A DNA stretch of 63,547 bases, filler included, from Octopus bimaculoides (GCF_001194135.2; 5 parts of 5 records of this genome joined end to end with filler, not necessarily neighbours in it); one strand, 5' to 3'; positions 38,608 through 53,383 are shown, counted from the whole stretch's first letter. Program-made: numbers and translations. The notes: generated from the sequence alone by a model not told the origin.

Positions 38608-39630
38608 TCCAGATGGTATCAGTATAGAAAACACTTGGTAGCGATCAAATGATTCGAACTCCGATGTCTTTACGAGGGACGATTTCCTCNNNNNNNNNNN
38701 NNNNNNNNNNNNNNNNNNNNNNNNNNNNNNNNNNNNNNNNNNNNNNNNNNNNNNNNNNNNNNNNNNNNNNNNNNNNNNNNNNNNNNNNNNNNNNNNNNNN
38801 NNNNNNNNNNNNNNNNNNNNNNNNNNNNNNNNNNNNNNNNNNNNNNNNNNNNNNNNNNNNNNNNNNNNNNNNNNNNNNNNNNNNNNNNNNNNNNNNNNNN
38901 NNNNNNNNNNNNNNNNNNNNNNNNNNNNNNNNNNNNNNNNNNNNNNNNNNNNNNNNNNNNNNNNNNNNNNNNNNNNNNNNNNNNNNNNNNNNNNNNNNNN
39001 NNNNNNNNNNNNNNNNNNNNNNNNNNNNNNNNNNNNNNNNNNNNNNNNNNNNNNNNNNNNNNNNNNNNNNNNNNNNNNNNNNNNNNNNNNNNNNNNNNNN
39101 NNNNNNNNNNNNNNNNNNNNNNNNNNNNNNNNNNNNNNNNNNNNNNNNNNNNNNNNNNNNNNNNNNNNNNNNNNNNNNNNNNNNNNNNNNNNNNNNNNNN
39201 NNNNNNNNNNNNNNNNNNNNNNNNNNNNNNNNNNNNNNNNNNNNNNNNNNNNNNNNNNNNNNNNNNNNNNNNNNNNNNNNNNNNNNNNNNNNNNNNNNNN
39301 NNNNNNNNNNNNNNNNNNNNNNNNNNNNNNNNNNNNNNNNNNNNNNNNNNNNNNNNNNNNNNNNNNNNNNNNNNNNNNNNNNNNNNNNNNNNNNNNNNNN
39401 NNNNNNNNNNNNNNNNNNNNNNNNNNNNNNNNNNNNNNNNNNNNNNNNNNNNNNNNNNNNNNNNNNNNNNNNNNNNNNNNNNNNNNNNNNNNNNNNNNNN
39501 NNNNNNNNNNNNNNNNNNNNNNNNNNNNNNNNNNNNNNNNNNNNNNNNNNNNNNNNNNNNNNNNNNNNNNNNNNNNNNNNNNNNNNNNNNNNNNNNNNNN
39601 NNNNNNNNNNNNNNNNNNNNNNNNNNNNNN

Positions 39631-39662
<32 letters not shown>

Positions 39663-40202
39663 GGGAGGGGATTGTATGTGTTTTATATGTATATAAATGC
39701 ATGTATACTTTTATACTGACATACATGTATGTCTATATATACATAATGGCGTATATAGTATGCGTTTCTTTTCCTTGTGGTAGAATGTAACGTACCTAAC
39801 ATTACAGTATATGTCAGGCGCACCAGGCATACTTATATCATTTCTATCTCTATATTCATGTTAAAGTGCATGAGATTCCAGATTTCGTCGAGATGTAGTG
39901 AGAGTGAAATATTTCCCATAATGCTTTGTTACGTGCTGAAATTCTGCTAAATATTTTCTGTTCTCATTTCTTGCCATATTTTTCAATGCGCAACAAATTC
40001 TACAGATTGTCTTCGTTAGAAACTCTCTGTAGAAGAACTAAGATATCCTGTGTTTCAAGCACACGCTACATACCTGCACATACTCACATGCTCTGTCAAA
40101 CATATATATACAATTATATCTTCATATGCACACAGTAATATAAATGTGTTCATACATTCACGCATGCACGTGCATATGTCCATAAAATTATATTTGCCCA
40201 CA

Positions 40203-40525
40203 CAGTAATCCCTCGGCTGTCGCGGATATTACATTCCAAAAACCCCTGCGATAGGGGAAAATCCCCGAAGTAGAAGCAGTACTCTACTGTAGATTTTTTA
40301 TTATTATCTTTAAAATTTACATATATTTATTTTATCATAAATGCAAAACAACACCACACATTCGTCTCCCGAGTTTCGTTTTCCATACAGTATGTGCGAT
40401 TTTTCGACATCTCATCTACGGTACACTACGTATTTTCTTTTAGTATATTTTAATTAATGTGTTATACAGTGCCGTATTGTACTCTATTTTTATTAATTGA
40501 TTTATTAATTTTTAGGCATGAGAAT
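40203..40525 (+). mobile_element. Tigger/pogo-like element, left terminus only
   Basis: cagtaatccctcggctgtcgcggatattacattccaaaaacccctgcgata resembles Tigger-type TIR starts; no right TIR found. Confidence 0.55.
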
Positions 40526-40538
40526 GTTTATTTTGCCA

Positions 40539-40735
40539 GGCGGCGAGCTGGCAGAAACGTTAGCATGCCGGGCAAAATGCTTAGTGGTATTTCGTCTGCC
40601 GTTACGTTCTGAGTTCAAATTCCGCCGAGATCGACTTTGCCTTTTATCCTTTCGGGGTCGATAAATTAAGCACCAGTTACGCACTGGTGTCGATGTAATC
40701 GACTTAATACCTTTGTCTGTCCTTGTTTGTCCCCC
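40539..40735 (+). mobile_element. SINE family A copy
   Basis: ggcggcgagctggcagaaacgttagc...gttctgagttcaaattccgccgagatcgactttgcc...tttgtctgtccttgtttgtccc. Confidence 0.93.
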
Positions 40736-40737
40736 CT

Positions 40738-40771
<34 letters not shown>

Positions 40772-40929
40772 CATATATGCGGTGCTCCAGCACGGCCGCA
40801 GTCAAATGAACTGAAACAATTAAAAGAATAAAAGAATATATTCCTATGTACTTTCAGATATGCTGGTATCAGTCTATGTTCTGTGTTTCAGCAATGAAGT
40901 TTTATACAGGTGTGATAATGCATACTTAC

Positions 40930-41085
40930 CTGTGGTATTGCTTTAACTTTCCGTGCTTTCCTCCTGAATCGTTCAAGCTATTCGTTCGATGAGATATCAA
41001 TAATGCGTCTCCTTTTGCGCATGCTCATAACACATACGCATGCGAAGAATATCAACTGGTGCATCATAGCAATGATTAATTCTCC
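40930..41085 (-). other. Candidate 156-bp exon with a TM-like stretch, RKRRR and an internal TAG
   Basis: ttttctagtaaatacag acceptor and CAG|GTAAGT donor; frame 0 reads GELIIAMMHQLIFFACVCVMSMRKRRRIIDISSNE*LERFRRKARKVKAIPQ. Confidence 0.3.
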
Positions 41086-41266
41086 CTGTATTTACTAGAA
41101 AAATATCTCCATCGTAACTATCTACATTATGCAATGCCTAAGCTGCACTTCGGTTGCTGATGGGAACTCTAATGAGTAAGTTATGAGAAACTTGCATTAG
41201 TTATTTACAACCCAAACGGTTTAAAGTACGATATTTATTTATTTATTTTAACTTATTCATATCAGT

Positions 41267-41297
<31 letters not shown>

Positions 41298-41574
41298 TTT
41301 TACATGCTACATTTCTTCAGTTGGACTACATTGTTTTTGTTGGAAATTGATTCATTCATATCTTAACTAAATAAGTATGCAAATACGTGCACAAACACAC
41401 GCGTATACATACGGACTAACACACACAGACACACACATGCTCGCATGCACGCACGTGAGTGCGTGTGTGTACTTTACTATTTTGAGAATGAAATATTACA
41501 AATAAATTCACGTCCTCCTTTCTCATGCAGACAGGAATACGAGCAAGTGTGCGTAACAGCCGTAATCTGTTAAG

Positions 41575-41624
41575 TGCTGCTGGTGCTGCTGCTGCTGGTA
41601 CTGCTGCCGCTACTACTACTGCCG

Positions 41625-41677
<53 letters not shown>

Positions 41678-41715
41678 GAGAATGATGGGTATGATGACGA
41701 GGACGACGACGACGG

Positions 41716-41747
<32 letters not shown>

Positions 41748-41800
41748 ATGATGATGATGATGAGGAGGAGGAGGAGGAGGAGGAGGAGGATGATGATGAT
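41575..41800. repeat. Compound (GCT)-(ACT)-(GAC/GAT)-(GAG)-(GAT) array
   Basis: Direct reading. Confidence 0.93.
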
Positions 41801-42049
41801 TTTTTTTTTTTTTCCCCCCATAATAGTATGAGATAAGAAGTATCAGATGATGATTATATATCTGTGTGGGGATTTACCTAAAATCTTGCGGGGATAATTG
41901 TGTGCAGAGAAGATTAAAAAAAAAAAAAATACCCACAATACATAGACCTCCTCATAGAGCAGTACAAGGAAGCCTAACAGCTAAGATCACCCTAAAATCA
42001 CCAAGGGCAAATGCATTCCCACTCTTATCGTTCTCCTGTTCACAGTAGC

Positions 42050-42760
42050 ATTTTTGGAGTAATTTCATCACAGCCAACCATTTTTTCGTTGTAGTTACCC
42101 TCATTTTGATAATGCTACTTCAGAAAAGCACTTTTCTGTACATCCTCATTTTTCTTTCCAATTGCAACTTGAAAACGTCGAAGAGGGTTTGGTTGAAGTG
42201 GAAATTATGAACCCTCAATTCTTTCAATAACGTCTACGTTACAAGCTATTTCGCCGTAGCGATGAGATAGAAGGAAAATTCTTGCTCAGTTCTAATAAAG
42301 AAAAAAGCTCGTTCCCATTCAATATATCATGAAACAGAATTGCCGCGCACGTGACAGCACTTCAGGGACATATCTCCACAACTCAGCAATACTCAAACAC
42401 TGCATTAGTGTTTGCAGGACGGCATCCTCAGGCTGGTCTTATCTGAGTCAGCATTACCTGGCGGTAACTCCTTACGCCTAGGCTTCATCCGAAATGCTCC
42501 TCCACAGCATTGCCCTGCCAATGATTTCTAGAACTTACCATTAGTAATTCCAGGCATGTAATTCCATCCGATCAGTTCAGCCAATTCGGGCTTCTAGATT
42601 ATTTAAGTTTCCCCGTAGTTGTTAATGCTCATAACTATCGCAAGTCCGCTATATATTTCCATTTTTAATTGGACATTTTTAATAGGGCCGTTTGTCCAGC
42701 ACGACATATCTTTTGCCAGATTATATAGATTTGCCTCTCCAGATGTTATGATGTAAGCCT
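42050..42760 (-). mobile_element. Decayed L1/Tx1-clade LINE ORF2 C-terminal remnant
   Basis: Frame-broken F*KSLAGQCCGGAF, EDAVLQTLMQCLSIAELWRYV (zinc-knuckle region) and FYLIATAK*LV...TLFDVFKLQLERKMR; the last aligns with LVAMAKECV...SLINFFKYHLKRKLR at 11.9 kb. Confidence 0.72.
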
Positions 42761-43497
42761 ACCGTCTTTTCAAATAAGAAACTCCTTTTCTATCGTGTCC
42801 TCCTTAGCGTTTACCTATTCATATAATCTTTATATCTCTTCTTCTAAATGTACAGAATACTACAATTGACTGGTCCCCTCGCTGGAAATACATTGAGTAA
42901 ATTTTAAGCTGTTCTAATGTATAGCAAATTGAATTACATACGAGACAAAAAATATTAAGCATCTTCGTTGTTAATGATTTTGACTTCGTTTTCTACATTA
43001 TTTAATTTGGCTCTAAGACGAGATTAAAAGAAATAATTTCATAAAGCTCAAAATCTAAGTCTATGTGAAATATTTGTTGTGGAAATGCATACGTCGTGCT
43101 AAACATACAACCCCTCTTTGTGTAGGCCTTGAATATGTAACAGGGGCCTATCTAAAAAACTGCATGTTAGCACTAGTATGCTTACATGCATACATACATA
43201 TGTATATATATAAATATACGCACAATACATATGTATGTACCTGCATATATATATATATATATATATATATANNNNNNNNNNNNNNNNNNNNNNNNNNNNN
43301 NNNNNNNNNNNNNNNNNNNNNNNNNNNNNNNNNNNNNNNNNNNNNNNNNNNNNNNNNNNNNNNNNNNNNNNNNNNNNNNNNNNNNNNNNNNNNNNNNNNN
43401 NNNNNNNNNNNNNNNNNNNNNNNNNNNNNNNNNNNNNNNNNNNNNNNNNNNNNNNNNNNNNNNNNNNNNNNNNNNNNNNNNNNNNNNNNNNNNNNNN

Positions 43498-43552
<55 letters not shown>

Positions 43553-44551
43553 TCCAAGTGTCAATGGTTTCATCCGCTTCTACAGTTTGTAATTGGATAA
43601 CATACAAGAAAGACTTCAGGATATGTTAATTATATATGTATAGTTACCTAGTTACGTACGTACGTACCTAACAACATGCCTAGACACGTACCTAACTTAC
43701 CTGTCTAATTACCTATTTATTTGTGTAGCTATCTGTCTACATATGTACCTGTATGTCCATTGATGAATTTGGACTGGTCGAGAATAATCTACCACTGGAC
43801 CAGCGTAAATATACTCTCTGTCGCTTTTTCTATCTTTCTGTTTCTGACTATTTATAGATAGATAGATAGACATATATATATATNNNNNNNNNNNNNNNNN
43901 NNNNNNNNNNNNNNNNNNNNNNNNNNNNNNNNNNNNNNNNNNNNNNNNNNNNNNNNNNNNNNNNNNNNNNNNNNNNNNNNNNNNNNNNNNNNNNNNNNNN
44001 NNNNNNNNNNNNNNNNNNNNNNNNNNNNNNNNNNNNNNNNNNNNNNNNNNNNNNNNNNNNNNNNNNNNNNNNNNNNNNNNNNNNNNNNNNNNNNNNNNNN
44101 NNNNNNNNNNNNNNNNNNNNNNNNNNNNNNNNNNNNNNNNNNNNNNNNNNNNNNNNNNNNNNNNNNNNNNNNNNNNNNNNNNNNNNNNNNNNNNNNNNNN
44201 NNNNNNNNNNNNNNNNNNNNNNNNNNNNNNNNNNNNNNNNNNNNNNNNNNNNNNNNNNNNNNNNNNNNNNNNNNNNNNNNNNNNNNNNNNNNNNNNNNNN
44301 NNNNNNNNNNNNNNNNNNNNNNNNNNNNNNNNNNNNNNNNNNNNNNNNNNNNNNNNNNNNNNNNNNNNNNNNNNNNNNNNNNNNNNNNNNNNNNNNNNNN
44401 NNNNNNNNNNNNNNNNNNNNNNNNNNNNNNNNNNNNNNNNNNNNNNNNNNNNNNNNNNNNNNNNNNNNNNNNNNNNNNNNNNNNNNNNNNNNNNNNNNNN
44501 NNNNNNNNNNNNNNNNNNNNNNNNNNNNNNNNNNNNNNNNNNNNNNNNNNN

Positions 44552-44609
44552 TAAGCGACAGGGAAGTAAACACACCAGCATCGGTTGTGTAGCGACGTAA
44601 ATAACAAAT

Positions 44610-44684
<75 letters not shown>

Positions 44685-44842
44685 CATACAAACATACATT
44701 CATACATACATACGACAGCTTTCAGTTTCCATCTACCAAATCCACTTACTAAGCTTTGGTCGGCCCGAGAGACTTGCCCAAGGTGCCAGGTAGCGGAACT
44801 GAACCCAGAACCATGTGGTTGCGAAGCAAGCTTCTTACCAGT
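44552..44842 (-). mobile_element. SINE family B (3' part lost in the gap)
   Basis: gtaaacacaccagcatcggttg...(microsatellite)...cagctttcagtttccatctaccaaatccac...cttgcccaaggtgcca...gaagcaagcttcttacca. Confidence 0.9.
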
Positions 44843-45359
44843 CAACCACGTGTATCTATGTTGTTTTAAAAGCAGTTGTTCTGAAGTTATGAGAAATTTG
44901 ATTGAAAGCTAAGACAAAAACTCCTTTACAAAATGTGTGATAAAGAAAAAGAAACGTTACACACACGCATGCAAAAAGAGAGAAGGAGAGAGAGAAAATA
45001 CAACGGAAACGAAATAACAAAATGGCAGTAGACTAAAAAGTGACAAGGCGAAGAGGAATTGGTATGTAGACCAATCTGCTGAAGCTGGTAGTGATGAGCG
45101 ATACTATTTTAAGGGTGGAACATTTACAGCGTGGGGGCAATCTTTAGTACATAGTCTTAGGATGCCCATTTATATATTTAACATATTTTATTTTCGTCTC
45201 ATATTTTATCTTATTTCATTTTCTCATTACTTTTTATTTTCTTTTTTTCCCTCTTTCGTTTATCGGAAAATATGCGATGTTATGTTTTTCCTTACATCAC
45301 CATTTAACAGTAGGTGTTTTGTATCGTACATGCGTTTTGTTTGCTTTATAACTTCTGTA

Positions 45360-45482
<123 letters not shown>

Positions 45483-45834
45483 TGCATAATCGAGTGTCAG
45501 CCGGCGGTTGCTGTTTGTGTGTTACTATGCATTTTTAACTATCGTCTTTAGAAATTTCAGAGATTCCGTAACATTCAAGACTTCTGTGTGAATGTATGCG
45601 TGTGTGTGTATGTATGCACGAATGTGTGTGTTTGTGCATGCTTATGGGTATGCATGCATGTGTGCGCACACGGTTGTGTGTCTTCATATGCAACACACAC
45701 GCAAGCACATTACGTATAGGTCTAATCTCCGTTTTAAGGACGCCATCAACAATATTAGCAGGATTTGAATCGTGTTCTGCCTTGTAAAAATAATATAGAC
45801 TGCTGCCTTTTTACTAAACAAGTACTGTAGAAAT

Positions 45835-46203
45835 ATTCTTTTGTTTGTTTCAGTCATTTGACTGCGGCCATGCTGGAGCACCACCTTCAGTCGGACAAAT
45901 CGATCCCAGAACTTATTCTATCGCTCTCTTTTGCCGAACCGCTGGGTAACGGAGACCTAGACACACCAACATCAGTGGTCAAGCGATGGTGATGGGACTA
46001 ACACAGAAATACAAATATATAGATGCACACACATATATATACACGAAAGGGTTCTTTTCAGTCTCCGTCTACCAACTCCACTCAAAAGAATTTGGTCGGC
46101 TGGAGGCTATAGTAGAAGACACTTGCTCAAGATGCCTCGTAGTAGAACTGAACTTGGAACCATGTGGCTGGTAGGCAAGCTACTTACCACACAGCCACTC
46201 CGC
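45835..46203 (-). mobile_element. SINE family B, full length
   Basis: ttgtttcagtcatttgactgcggccatgctggagcacc ... tagtagaagacacttgctcaag ... cttaccacacagccactccgc. Confidence 0.92.
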
Positions 46204-46714
46204 ACGAATCATTTGGTTTGCATTTCTATAGAATCTAGATAAGGCGAGTAAGTGTTTAATAGGTACCTGAGAACGGATATCTAAAGAAAAATATTATAAT
46301 GATGCAGGTTTTTCTAAGACAAAGAATAAGGGAATTTCAAAAGACTGGACTATCTATATGGCCTATAAAAGAGAAATCTTTGACCTACACAAATTACATT
46401 GTAAATCAATGACAGTTCCAAATTTTATGAAAGAGAAACTAACGGTGAGATTCGTGTATCGAAGGGGAGCACTTTTAAAATCCTTGGCATTCTACATACC
46501 TAATACGCTTAACCAATCCAGTTATTGAACGGGATTGAAATATGGGGAAAGTTAAAAAAACAAAGCCCGTTGTGACAATGGAGTGAAACGTGACAATGAA
46601 GTGAAACATGGCGGCTGAAACAAGGCAGGTAACTGTGGTTGGAATCTGATCAGGGACGATTTACATAAGGTGGTGCTCCAGCATGGCTGAGTTAAATGAC
46701 TGAAACAAGTAAAA

Positions 46715-46791
<77 letters not shown>

Positions 46792-46912
46792 TACATATAT
46801 ATATATATACACACATGCATATATATATATATATATATATACATACACATATAAATATATATACATATGTGTGTGTGTGTGTGTAAAAGTAAGGTATAAT
46901 GATATAAATCGT

Positions 46913-47281
46913 GGCACTCCGTCGGTTACGACGACGAGGTTTCCAGTTGATCCGATCAACGGAACAGCCTGCTCGTGAAATTAACATGTAAGTGGGTGAG
47001 TACTTCACAGACACGTGTACCCTTAACGTAGTTCTCGGGGAGATTCAGCATGACACAGAGTGTGACAAGGCTGGTCCTTTCATATACAGATACAACAGAA
47101 ACAGGAAAAAAAGTGAGAGAAAGTAGTGTTGAAAGGTTGCAGAAATGTTCGCCACCACCCGCTGCCGGAGCTATAGTTGTTTTCGCTCGATAAATTCTCA
47201 CAACGCCCTGTCTGGGAATCGAAACCGCGATCCCACGACCACGAGTCCGCTTTCTTAACTACCGGGCCATTTCGTCCCCAG
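46913..47281 (-). mobile_element. SINE family D, full length, CpG-intact
   Basis: Reverse-complement match to 19894-20277 (ccagttgatccgatcaacggaacagcctgctcgtgaaattaac). Confidence 0.93.
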
Positions 47282-47798
47282 AAGGATATAAACATATATG
47301 TACGCATATTCGTGTGGGTGTGCGTGCGAGCGTGTGTGCTAGAGGATATTTCCTCTCTTCGAGACTATTACATGAAATGTTTAAGTGTTGGTAATGTTTA
47401 GCCGGAAAAGGAAAAATTCATCAGAGACCTAATTAATATGAAAGTTGAGTAAAGTATGTCATTAATCTCACTTTTAAGTCTCTGTTTTCTTCCTCTTGCT
47501 CTCCACCTGTCATTAATTTGTCCCTCTAGCTCTGGCATACTCACACATAGAGGAAAGTTACCCGTACACAAGTCGGGCACACTGAGGTGTAGTTGCGAAA
47601 GCAAACACACTCACATGTAATGACAACGATAGGAAACCAAGAATTCAGAAACCAGTTTTGTCTCTTCACGTAAACGTTTTTATAGCATTACTGTAGTCTT
47701 GACCACGATGGTCAGTTTTATTTTATTATACAAACTCAGAGAGACTTACAACATGACACATACAGAATCAACGCAAACATTATGTAAAACGCGTTTAA

Positions 47799-48015
47799 GG
47801 CGGTGAGCTGGCAGAATCGTTAGCACACCGGGCGAAAGGCTTAGCGGTGTATCGTCCGTCCTTACGTTCTGAGTTCAAATTCCGTCGAGGTCGACTTTGC
47901 CTTTCATCCCTTTGGTGTCGATAAATTAAGTATCAGTTACGTACTGGGGTCGATGAAATCGACTAACTTCTGCCTCCAAAATTTCAAACCTTGTACCTAC
48001 AGTAGAAAGGATTAT
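47799..48015 (+). mobile_element. SINE family A (agtagaaaggatt tail type)
   Basis: ggcggtgagctggcagaatcgttagcacaccgggcg...aaatttcaaaccttgtacctacagtagaaaggattat. Confidence 0.93.
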
Positions 48016-48381
48016 GAAAAGTGCGTTGCTCCTCAATTATCAATATGTATATTTTAATAAGAGTTTATGTGAAAATATATATATAACCTCTAAACATGCA
48101 CATACCGATGGCTATATCCACGTCATTATGTATATGCGTGGGGGTGTGCAAGAGTATAAGTGTAAATAATGACACATATTATATATACACGTATACTAAT
48201 GAGCATAGATGCGTACATCGATATATACATACGTGTGTGAGTGTGTGTTTATGTGTGTGAGTGTGTGTGTGTGTATGCGCGCGCGCTTGGATGTGCATAT
48301 ATGTATATATTGTCTCAGCATGGCTGCAGTTCTCAAGCGGAATTTAATAAGAGAAAATGTGAGAAAATGTATATATATATA

Positions 48382-48418
<37 letters not shown>

Positions 48419-49415
48419 NNNNNNNNNNNNNNNNNNNNNNNNNNNNNNNNNNNNNNNNNNNNNNNNNNNNNNNNNNNNNNNNNNNNNNNNNNNNNNNNNN
48501 NNNNNNNNNNNNNNNNNNNNNNNNNNNNNNNNNNNNNNNNNNNNNNNNNNNNNNNNNNNNNNNNNNNNNNNNNNNNNNNNNNNNNNNNNNNNNNNNNNNN
48601 NNNNNNNNNNNNNNNNNNNNNNNNNNNNNNNNNNNNNNNNNNNNNNNNNNNNNNNNNNNNNNNNNNNNNNNNNNNNNNNNNNNNNNNNNNNNNNNNNNNN
48701 NNNNNNNNNNNNNNNNNNNNNNNNNNNNNNNNNNNNNNNNNNNNNNNNNNNNNNNNNNNNNNNNNNNNNNNNNNNNNNNNNNNNNNNNNNNNNNNNNNNN
48801 NNNNNNNNNNNNNNNNNNNNNNNNNNNNNNNNNNNNNNNNNNNNNNNNNNNNNNNNNNNNNNNNNNNNNNNNNNNNNNNNNNNNNNNNNNNNNNNNGAAA
48901 TGTTATATGAATTGGTAAAAGAATACGGTTCTACAGCTCCAACGAAACACTTCTCCATCCCAATGTAGAACCAGACGGTAAGATAATTACTGTTAATTTG
49001 GGGCAGGTCAGATGCAGGTTTTTATAAAAGTGTATTTATCACATGGTGAAATGCACTGTTGGAATATAGGATTACATAAATATCACAGACAGTCGCACAA
49101 AGACACACAACCAACACCGCAGACGCAGACAAACGCCTAAGCACTCCTGCATGTATATGTAGACTTATGAATCTATATTTTCATATTCATAAACGCAGAT
49201 ATGTCTATCTATTTCTGTAAATGCCTACCTACAATTCCTAGCCATCTATTTGGTCTATCTCTTTATCTGTTAATCAGTTTATCTGTGTGACTGCCTTCCC
49301 AGCGACGTACATATATATATCTACTCATCAAGCTACCTCTGTCTGTCTGTCTGCTTCCCACTCTCTTTCTCTCTTACTCTCTTCTTCTACTTTTTCTCCT
49401 TCTGTCTCCCTCTTT

Positions 49416-49462
<47 letters not shown>

Positions 49463-49577
49463 TCTNNNNNNNNNNNNNNNNNNNNNNNNNNNNNNNNNNN
49501 NNNNNNNNNTTAATTAATTAANNNNNNNNNNNNNNNNNNNNNNNNNNNNNNNNNNNNNNNNNNNNTCTCTCTCTCTC

Positions 49578-49905
49578 TTGTAAGTGGATTTGACAATCGG
49601 GAACTGAAAGATCGTTAAGATGTGACAGCTATGAGAGTGAAACATAAAGGTTATCCCTATTGTCATTGGAGCATTGGGTTCAATACCACCCAATCTGAAA
49701 AAAAATTCTGAAAACTTTAGAAATACCTTACAATATAGGTGTATTGCAAACGTCGGCATTACTTGGAACTGCACAATATTGTGTAAAGTACTATCTGTCA
49801 GAGGTCTTTATTGTGATTTGACAAACAGTACAAACCCCCGGTAGACACGATATCTTCAATCAGCAACCTCATAATATTGTATAATGTGTGACGTCTATTA
49901 CAATA
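49578..49905 (+). mobile_element. RLE-type non-LTR retrotransposon (R4/Dong/HERO-like), extreme 3' fragment 1
   Basis: IKVIPIVIGALGSIPPNLKK..LKTLEIPYNIGVLQTSALLGTA.ILCKVL, then a short 3'UTR and a (CTA)n/(AAT)n tract. Confidence 0.82.
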
Positions 49906-49950
49906 ATATTCTACTACTACTACTACTACAAATAATAATAAGAATAATAA

Positions 49951-50884
<934 letters not shown>

Positions 50885-50889
50885 CTGAT

Positions 50890-51080
50890 TTTTGGAACAA
50901 GACCTGCAATTTTTTTTGTAGTGAGGGGAAGTTGATTACATTGACCCCAATATTTGACTGGTACTTATTTTATTCTTCCCAAAAGCATGAAAGGTAAAAT
51001 GACCTCGACAGAATTTGAACTCAGAACATAAAGCCAAAAAGAAAGCTACAAGAATCATTAGCATCATTCTGCCAAATCAT
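50890..51080 (-). mobile_element. SINE family A, degraded
   Basis: catgaaaggtaaaatgacctcgacagaatttgaactcagaacataaag. Confidence 0.85.
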
Positions 51081-51119
51081 AATAGATATTGAATAAGTTT
51101 CAATGTAGTAATTATTGTT

Positions 51120-51240
51120 TAGTCCAGACCGTCTCTGATCCAGCAGACCAGTGTATGATGAAAGGCATTACAGACATAACCAGCCTGATGTTTTTAGTGT
51201 ACCTAGAACAACATTAATATATATCCTTTTGTTTTTTAAG
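51120..51240 (-). mobile_element. Fragment of a further dispersed repeat family (related pieces at ~1196-1290, 15700-15925, 20520-20820, 52230-52400, 55495-55545)
   Basis: Shared motifs ctagaaatag, (tga)tcaaaggcattc and ttgtttagtc. Confidence 0.5.
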
Positions 51241-51737
51241 ATGATTATTCTCTGGTGTATTAGTAAACTATTCTGGTGCAATAATATCGGTTTGTTGGTA
51301 TTTTAAAGGTATATATATGTATAGGTGTGCTTGTGAATGTATATGTGTATGTGTGTGTTTGTGCTTGTGTACTTACAAACCTATGTGCTTGATTGCCAAA
51401 ACACTCTCTTATTACATATGCATGAAGAGAAAGAAAAATGTAAAACTGTAGAATAAAAATCAAATAAAATAACCAACTTCTAAAGTAGACACGTCTTTGT
51501 AAATATCCACTCCTTTCTTTAGATATCTATTCCATTTGTAACCTTAGTAATAATTACAGAACTTTTTTCTTTTTTTGGTTTGTCAATAAATAATTAGTCT
51601 TCAACATTTAGTCCTGGACCAAGAGTGCTTTGCTAAACTGCCTAGTAAAACAGACACAAGTTATGAGAAATAATGCACACACGTGCGCACACGTGTGTGC
51701 GTGCGTGCATGCGTGCGTGCATGCATGCATGCGTGAT

Positions 51738-51781
<44 letters not shown>

Positions 51782-53329
51782 TAAGGGTACTGACTCATGT
51801 GAGGAATATTTTCATCTGGCAACTAAATTAATAATTATTCAAGGTAATATGTTTTCTTCATATACATTTAATTATCTATATCTGCAAACAGTCTGTTTTG
51901 GCATATTGTATCTCATCAGAGCAAAGTGCTCAATAATTAAGCAAATACATTCAAATACTTCAAAATAAAGACAGTAAATGTTTTCATTAAAATTTTGTTC
52001 TATATTTCTCAGAATTATGATGTCTAAACTTTTAGTTTAAAATCAAAATGTGAATGAATAAAGCATAATAAATTTTCCCTACTACAGGCTCAAAGTAACT
52101 GATCAGGTGTTCAATTATTGAGGAAACTTGGAAAATTACCATTTTTTGTTTTTTATTTATCCATCCAAATCATTTTGCCTGTGTATGTCCAAAATCTGAA
52201 CAGAAAACAACAGCTGTGAATCTATGAGCCAGTTATTGTTGTTCTTGTTTAATATTTCTGATTGAGTAGATTTTGATCAAAGGCATTCCAGTAGTGACCA
52301 TCAAATCCTTTTCCAACGTGCAAGAAACATGAGGTCACATTATAAATATTTCATTTTCTAAGATGTAGAAGAGAGGATTTAATGGAAATTTTGCTGAAGT
52401 CTCTATGATATCCCCGAAAAGAGCAGCCCATAACCCCCTTTCAGGACTTTCATGAGTGGTAAGAGGAAGGAAGATGTTACCAGCAGAGCAGAAACTTTGG
52501 CTCAAATACTTGCAACAACATTGCTGTACTTGTTTTGTATGGCATTCCTTACATCTCTAAATTTACATTCAGTATACAGATGATGTAAGCTACATCCATT
52601 TCATGGAATGCTCCACATTCACACTTCCACCACCAGAGATTAAGGTTACTGAACAGTACAACACAATTTGGTCAGAGTCTTGTGGGGACACTTAACATAT
52701 CGGACCTCTAGAGCATTCCTGATATCCCCATCAATCCAGGTCAGTTGATTTCCTACATCATGGCTTGACTTCAGCTTATGCTTGCATTTATCCACTGCCT
52801 TCTAGTTAGCTGATAGAAACCAGTCAGTACTTCAGCAAAGTCCTCAGCCAGCCTCCTCTATCATTGGGAAAGTGCAAACTCCATTTTGAGAAACAAACAG
52901 CTTTCTTAGTGATGAATTTTTATGTTGCTGATTTATAGAATTTTGCAAGAGTGAGCTTTGCTTAAAGGCAGCAAAGGACAAAGTGTAAAGTGGTGATATT
53001 AAACTGAATAATAGATTAAGTACTAGTTCAGCCAATGCAAAGTGTATCAAAAGAACATTGATTTTTTTGACGATGCATCAAGTCAAAGCAATGCAAAACA
53101 AGCATGGACAAATCTTTTCTACAGCAACTAATTGTTGCTTTACTGAAAATATTTCTTCAAACAAATAAAGATGAAAACATGTTCTTATAACTAATACAAT
53201 AAATATGCACACACACATACATCATATATATATATACCCATATATATATATAGTTACATAAACACATAAATACATACACATGCACACACATACATATATA
53301 TATGCATACATAGGTGTGTGTGTGTGTGT

Positions 53330-53383
<54 letters not shown>

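Noticed and set aside
42540-42594. Minus-strand exon KPELAELIGWNYMPGITN with ATG|GTAAGT donor
   Set aside because: It lies in frame within the decayed Tx1 ORF2 remnant and has no polypyrimidine tract.
52540-53060. Possible decayed LINE coding remnant
   Set aside because: Only vague motif resemblances on either strand; not enough to call.
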